A stretch of DNA of 64,000 bases, from NCBI RefSeq assembly GCF_009914755.1, contig NC_060925.1; one strand, written 5' to 3'. Source of the stretch: the human T2T-CHM13v2.0 reference genome, Homo sapiens. The position numbers and the translations under genes are program-made. The notes below the pieces were generated by a model. The model was given only the letters and a program-made list of their open reading frames with translations. It did no database searches and was not told the DNA's origin. Positions 58,850 to 64,000 of the stretch are shown here, piece after piece (within the stretch, counting starts at the first letter, position 1; each line of letters starts with the position of its first letter).

Positions 58850-60733
58850 GTTCTTCAAAGAGGAATGGAGGGGAGGAACCAAGGGCTGACATGGACAATT
58901 CTAGGTAAACAGGGCTCCAGAAACATTCTGAAAAGCATAAGCTGAGAGCAGACTTCAGTAACATGAAGAAAGAACTGGGGAGGAGGGGAGCGGTCTAGAG
59001 AATAACATGCTCTTATTTGTTCATGGGATTCATAAACTGTGGACAATATTTTTATTTACCAAAAAGGTAACAAAGTTTATTGAGCACCTGTGATGTGTAA
59101 GGGACTCTGGAAGTATTTTGAAGGGATACAAATATAAATAAGAGATAACTCCAGCCTTGGTTTCTCATGGGCTAATAGGAAAGGAAAGGAATGAAAAAGA
59201 GAATTACACTCAAGGGAGGTAAGCATGAGTCAGGACCTGACAAATGGTTGAAGGAAGGAAAGGACACTTGTAGCTGGGATGTTCAAGGAACACATGCTTT
59301 GAATATGGAGGGTGTGGAGCTTGACCTAAGCCTTGGGGGCTAGGAAGGAATTTGATATGCAGAAGGAAAGATGTGGGTCATTATCCTTGGAGCTGACCTA
59401 GGCAGTGAGGACCCAGAGTGATCTGGCGAACACAGACTGTGCTGGGCATGTGGAGTGGAGGGGAGGTAGGAAACGGCTGTCTACTTGGGGCAGAGGATTG
59501 GGTTGAGGAGTGGTGGAAGATAATACTGGAAAGGAGGACACTTGCCAGAATGTGGAAAGCCCTGACTGTTGGCTGGGCTAAGACATCTGGACAGTCTGGA
59601 CACCATTTTAGGGATTCAGCACGTGCGTTTTACGTGCTCTAGCAGGGAAGGATGACTTTACTGTTAGAGATGCTCATTTCTGATGTCCCTCTCGCTGAGT
59701 GTGAGTGCAGTCCTGAATAAGATTAAAGGTGTCATAACTATAAACCATTTGGAAAATGTAAAAATATATATGCATGAGACACTTGGAGCAAGGATTTTCT
59801 AAGGTCTCAATTTCTTGTTTTTGCTTTGATTGTTATAGCTTATAAGAGTAGATTTAAGGGTTAGCCACAAACTCTATTACTGTCAGAGCAGATTTGGGCT
59901 GCTAGGTAGAATCTTATTTTCACTGTTTCAATTCTCATTTCTTTGTAATTTTTTGTATTATACTACATATTTTAGCCCCAAATTGTGGGCTGCAGGAACA
60001 ACGTTAAGTATTTCTTGCTGGCTGTGTTCACTGAATTGCTTCCTGAGCCTGAACTTGCTCAAACTTCCTGTTTTTTGGGCACAGAACTCCTGGTTTCTCC
60101 ATTTATGATGGATGAGAGGGGTTTGGAGTCTCTCTTCTAGACTTTCATAGCATGTTTCAGGATTTCTCACTGATATCTAATTGTCTTATAAGAGACATTA
60201 AATTTTTTTCACACTCAAAAATCCATGATCCCCTCTAGGTAAGGTCTGAGTCTCTGTCAAACATTTTCGCTTTTGTGTAACATTTAGCACAGTATTTATC
60301 AGGCATTATTTTGTTTGGGGGTAGAGGAGGTAGGCGGCGGTGGGCAGTTGGGACCCCCCGTACTTATGTTCTGCTCCAATATTGTCTTGTAGAAAATGGT
60401 CTAAAATAGATCTTTACTATCTGAAATATCATCTAGTGAGAGCATTGGCATCATCAAAGAGCTTGTTAAAAATGCAGGATCTAGGACCTCAGACTAAATC
60501 AGAATCTGTAATTTGATTGGCCTTTGAGACTTGCTGGTCTCCAGATGTAATGTATACACATCACCTAGGGATCATGTTAAATGCAGGTTCTGACACTCAA
60601 TTACTTAGGTAATGATCAAACAACCAGATCTTGAAGTTTTCTAACATCAAAGCAGCAACTTCCTTTCTAGAGTTGTCACCGGACACCTTCCCTCCTGAGA
60701 GTGACACTTCTGCACAGAACAGATGGTTTATGA

Positions 60734-60957
60734 CAGGAGTTGGAAAACTGTGGCCTGCTGGTGGCATCCAGCCTGCCACCTCTTTTTGCAAAGAAAGTTT
60801 TATTAGATCACAGTGACGCTCATGTATTTACATATTGTCTGTGGCTTCTTTTGTGCTGTACTGACTGAGTTGAATAGTTGTAAAAGAGACTGCATGACAC
60901 ACAAAGCCAAAAGTATTTACTATCTGGGACTTTATAGAAAACAGTTTGCTGACCCTG
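60734..60957. mobile_element. MER58A (hAT-Charlie MITE)
   Basis: CAGGAGTTGGAAAACTGTGGCC...AAAGTTTTATTAG...TATTTACTATCTGG...GTTTGCTGACCCTG, with degenerate 8-bp TSD GTTTATGA/GCTTATGT. Confidence 0.85.
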
Positions 60958-62194
60958 GCTTATGTGAGTGACTCTAAATATTTCCTTAAAGAATCAAATA
61001 GCTATACTCTCTTGCCCCAGTGGCAAACTTCGCAAGCCCATCTGAATCCATGGCTATTCATAGAGAAGCTGAACCATAAACCGTCATTCCCAGGCAACCC
61101 ACAAAGGGTCTTGAGCCTAAAATTGGTCTGGATAATGGTACCACAGAGCCTGTGACTTTCCAAAATCCATTTAATATGTCCCTCCTCAAAGAAATGGTTA
61201 TAATTTTATATAATTTTATTGAGCTGACTCCCTCCTCCACAAATTGATTTCATTAATTGTTCAACATAAGTCTGACTTTCCCCAAGAATTGGAATCAAAA
61301 GGAAATTCTGAGTAAAAATATATCTGGGACCAAGGAAATAAAAAGACTTGTACAAGTTGGTTATAATACACATTTTACTCCTAAAAAGGTAGCGTTGGTT
61401 TTGGCCCCACTCTGGCCTATTCACTGGGCAGACTGTATGGGCTTGGAGTCCTTCTTTTAATTCCCTTGGAGAATCCCACCACCTGTCTCTTATTTGGGTT
61501 TTTGAATTGTGAAATGATGGCACACACAAGCTCCAAGAATAGCTGCGTGTGTACACCAAGCATACAGAGACAGAAGGCAGAGACTTAGGCCAAGGATCAG
61601 GAAATACAGAAGAGAAGCTGGCATGGAGGCATCTGCTCCACAAACACAGTGAAGCCGGAGGTTGTAGGAGGAGGGAGGTGGGACCCGTGTAATCACTGGA
61701 GGATGTGGGCACTCTGCTCTGCTCTGCAAGTCTTGGAGATCTTGGTTTTCTTTCCAGAACCAAATTTCAGAGGAGGTGGGTGTAGGAGAATTGAGATTCT
61801 TTTTCCTCATCCAGAGTTATCTGGGGCCAAAGAGGTTTAGGGTGAGATTCTGTGGGAATCTTTGCTGTAGCTCCAGAAGCTTTATTCTTACTTAGTTCCT
61901 TTTCCCTTTGTCTGCATAGTCCAGGACACTAAAAGGGTTTGTGAAGAGTCCGGGTAGACATAAGTGGAGAGTCTTCTCCTTAATTCTAGAGTCTATCTTG
62001 ACTTCAACCAATTAAAGATTGTAGGAGTGAATTAGAGCCCCTTATGTTAAACCTTGTTTCTTGGAAGCCCTCCTGGAATTCCCTAAGATGCAGAGCTGAT
62101 TAGCTTAGCTGGTCAGAATGTGAAGGTTTTAAAGCCAAAGTTATTATTTGGGCTGATATTTTAGACATTCTCTTCATTGGAAGAAGTACAATGT

Positions 62195-62770
62195 ATTCAT
62201 TCATTCATTCATTCACTCATTCATTCATTCACTCAGTGAATATCCATTGAAAACCTATTGTGTAACAGGATGCAGGAAAAACCTGAACTGGAGAGTCAGA
62301 CACATCTGAGTTCAAATTCTAGTTTCTTGATCTGTGAGCTAACTAACACCTCATTCAGCTTTCCATCCAGGTGACATAACCACCCCAGCTTCCTTCCCTG
62401 AATCTGCAGGTTAGGTTGGACATTTACTTCTCTGCTTTTGCAGCAACTTCTACACCGTCTGTTCTCATACCACATTATATGGAAATTATCCATTTGCAGT
62501 CTGTCTCTCTCTCCAGATTGTAAAGTCATTGATAGAAAAGAGCTTCATTTCACATACTTTTTTACCCTTAGTGCCTGACATATATTAGAAATTAGACATA
62601 TGTTTATTGCACTGAAAAGAACCTAATTGTGTGGCTTAATTTCCCTAAAGCATGTGTTTCTCATCTGTAAAATGAAGGTGATAAAAACATGCCTTGTGAG
62701 TTTTTTGTGAAGATCAAATCAGATAATGTTTGAATGAGTGTTTTATAAATATGAAGTGCTTGCAAATACT
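62195..62770. mobile_element. Cluster of L2 tail ((TTCA)n), L2 and MIR fragments
   Basis: (ATTC)n at 62195-62235; GTCTGTCTCTCTCTCCAGATTGTAA...AGTGCCTGACATAT; TTTCTCATCTGTAAAATG. Confidence 0.65.
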
Positions 62771-64000
62771 AATAGTTGTTCTAATATCTGGATTGATTGC
62801 GATTCAGTAGAAAACAAGCAGAAGAGAATCAAGAAAGTATGTGGAGGTGTCCTAGTCCACTTTTTCTAAACTGAATAACTGAACGAGGGGGATCTGGAGA
62901 CTTCAGCTTCTGAGGCACAGTTTGGGTGTGTGGGGTTGACACGGGACAGAGGACCCTTTCCAGCAAGCTCGATGTCTCTGCCATTAGATTATATACTCAT
63001 AACAGTGGGGATATGTTTTATTAATTTCATTGCCCCTTTATTCACCCTAAGCATAACTAAGAAAGTGAATATGTAATAATTGGATTTCAATGGGCATTGC
63101 AAGGCCAAAGTCTCCTGCCCCCCAAATCTCCCAGTATCCCTGGCCTGTATGTATCTTTTCTTGAGAACCTGAATAATGGAACCATTAGATTGAAAACATA
63201 GATTGGGGAGAAGAGAGTGAGTTGAATTTGAAAAATGTTGAGTGTGACATCTGGCAGTCAAATATGCAGGGCTGACTCATTTCACTTTTCATGTGTCTGT
63301 TTTAGCTCACAAACTAGACATAGAGCTCATTGTACAGATTCCATAGTGCTTAATGCACTGGCTACCCCTTAAAAAACCTATAGAGCTTGCTGGAGGGGGT
63401 CCCCTATCTCATGTCAACTCAATAAATAAATATGTATGGATTTGTTGCAAAATATTGGATTTTCTTTTCCATGTAAGTAACAAAGAACTGCTGCAGATAT
63501 TTGAGCAGAGTTGTAAAATGATATGAATTTTGCTGTGAGAAAACTTGATCTTGCTGTAATGTATGAAAAAGACTAGAAGGGAAAGAAGTTGAGGGTGGAG
63601 AGTCTTGTTAGGAGGGCCAGGATAAGAGCAGGTGGGCGGTGAAGGAGGCTGCGGCAGAACCATGCCAAGCAGAATGGAGTGGAGGGGACTTGACTACACA
63701 AGAGGCTGGTGACTCAGCTTTCTGCCTAGTATTAGTCCTAGAGAAGTCTCCCTGCTCTGGGAAGACCGGTGTCTAGCCTCATGTGGCTTCGGAACAAAAG
63801 CCAGTGATTGCATCCAAGGGAAGATAATGAGAAACACACAGGCCGTGAAAATCAGGAAAGCACCACTAATCTTTTTGTTGCAAAACTTTACTTTTCAAAG
63901 TCCTGGGGAAGGGTGCAGAAGCCTCAGCACGTGGACTTGAGCCCTGTACTCGGAAATGCAAAATGGAAACCCCCTAATAAATCACAGAACTGAAAATATC

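Noticed and set aside
61206-61763. 185-aa minus-strand ORF in DDR2 intron 2
   Set aside because: Non-ATG start, no recognisable domain, and no splice or promoter support; consistent with chance.

Overview
Human or very closely related great-ape genomic DNA, dense in Alu, L1, MIR and L2 repeats. I recognise it from memory, not from an alignment, as the UAP1-DDR2 interval on 1q23.3. Bases 1 to ~1250 probably form the distal 3' UTR of UAP1 (AATAAA at 1225-1230), followed by ~30 kb of repeat-rich intergenic DNA. The 5' end of DDR2 follows on the + strand. It has an upstream first exon ending at the donor at 31460, the main first exon ending at the donor at 32644, a ~22.6-kb intron 1, a 164-nt non-coding exon 2 (55207-55370) and the start of intron 2. 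No DDR2 or UAP1 coding exon is in the window, and nearly all ORF-track entries are repeat-derived or random. I found no convincing novel multi-gene system. The best leads are: (i) a uORF-dense DDR2 leader, including a spliced uORF with a signal-peptide-like N-terminus; (ii) a possible hybrid first/internal exon; (iii) inverted Alus bracketing exon 2; (iv) a MER41B LTR with decayed GAS sites; (v) an ancient CR1/L3 element in the promoter; (vi) several readable mutational scars. Repeat subfamily calls and boundaries were made by eye and are approximate.
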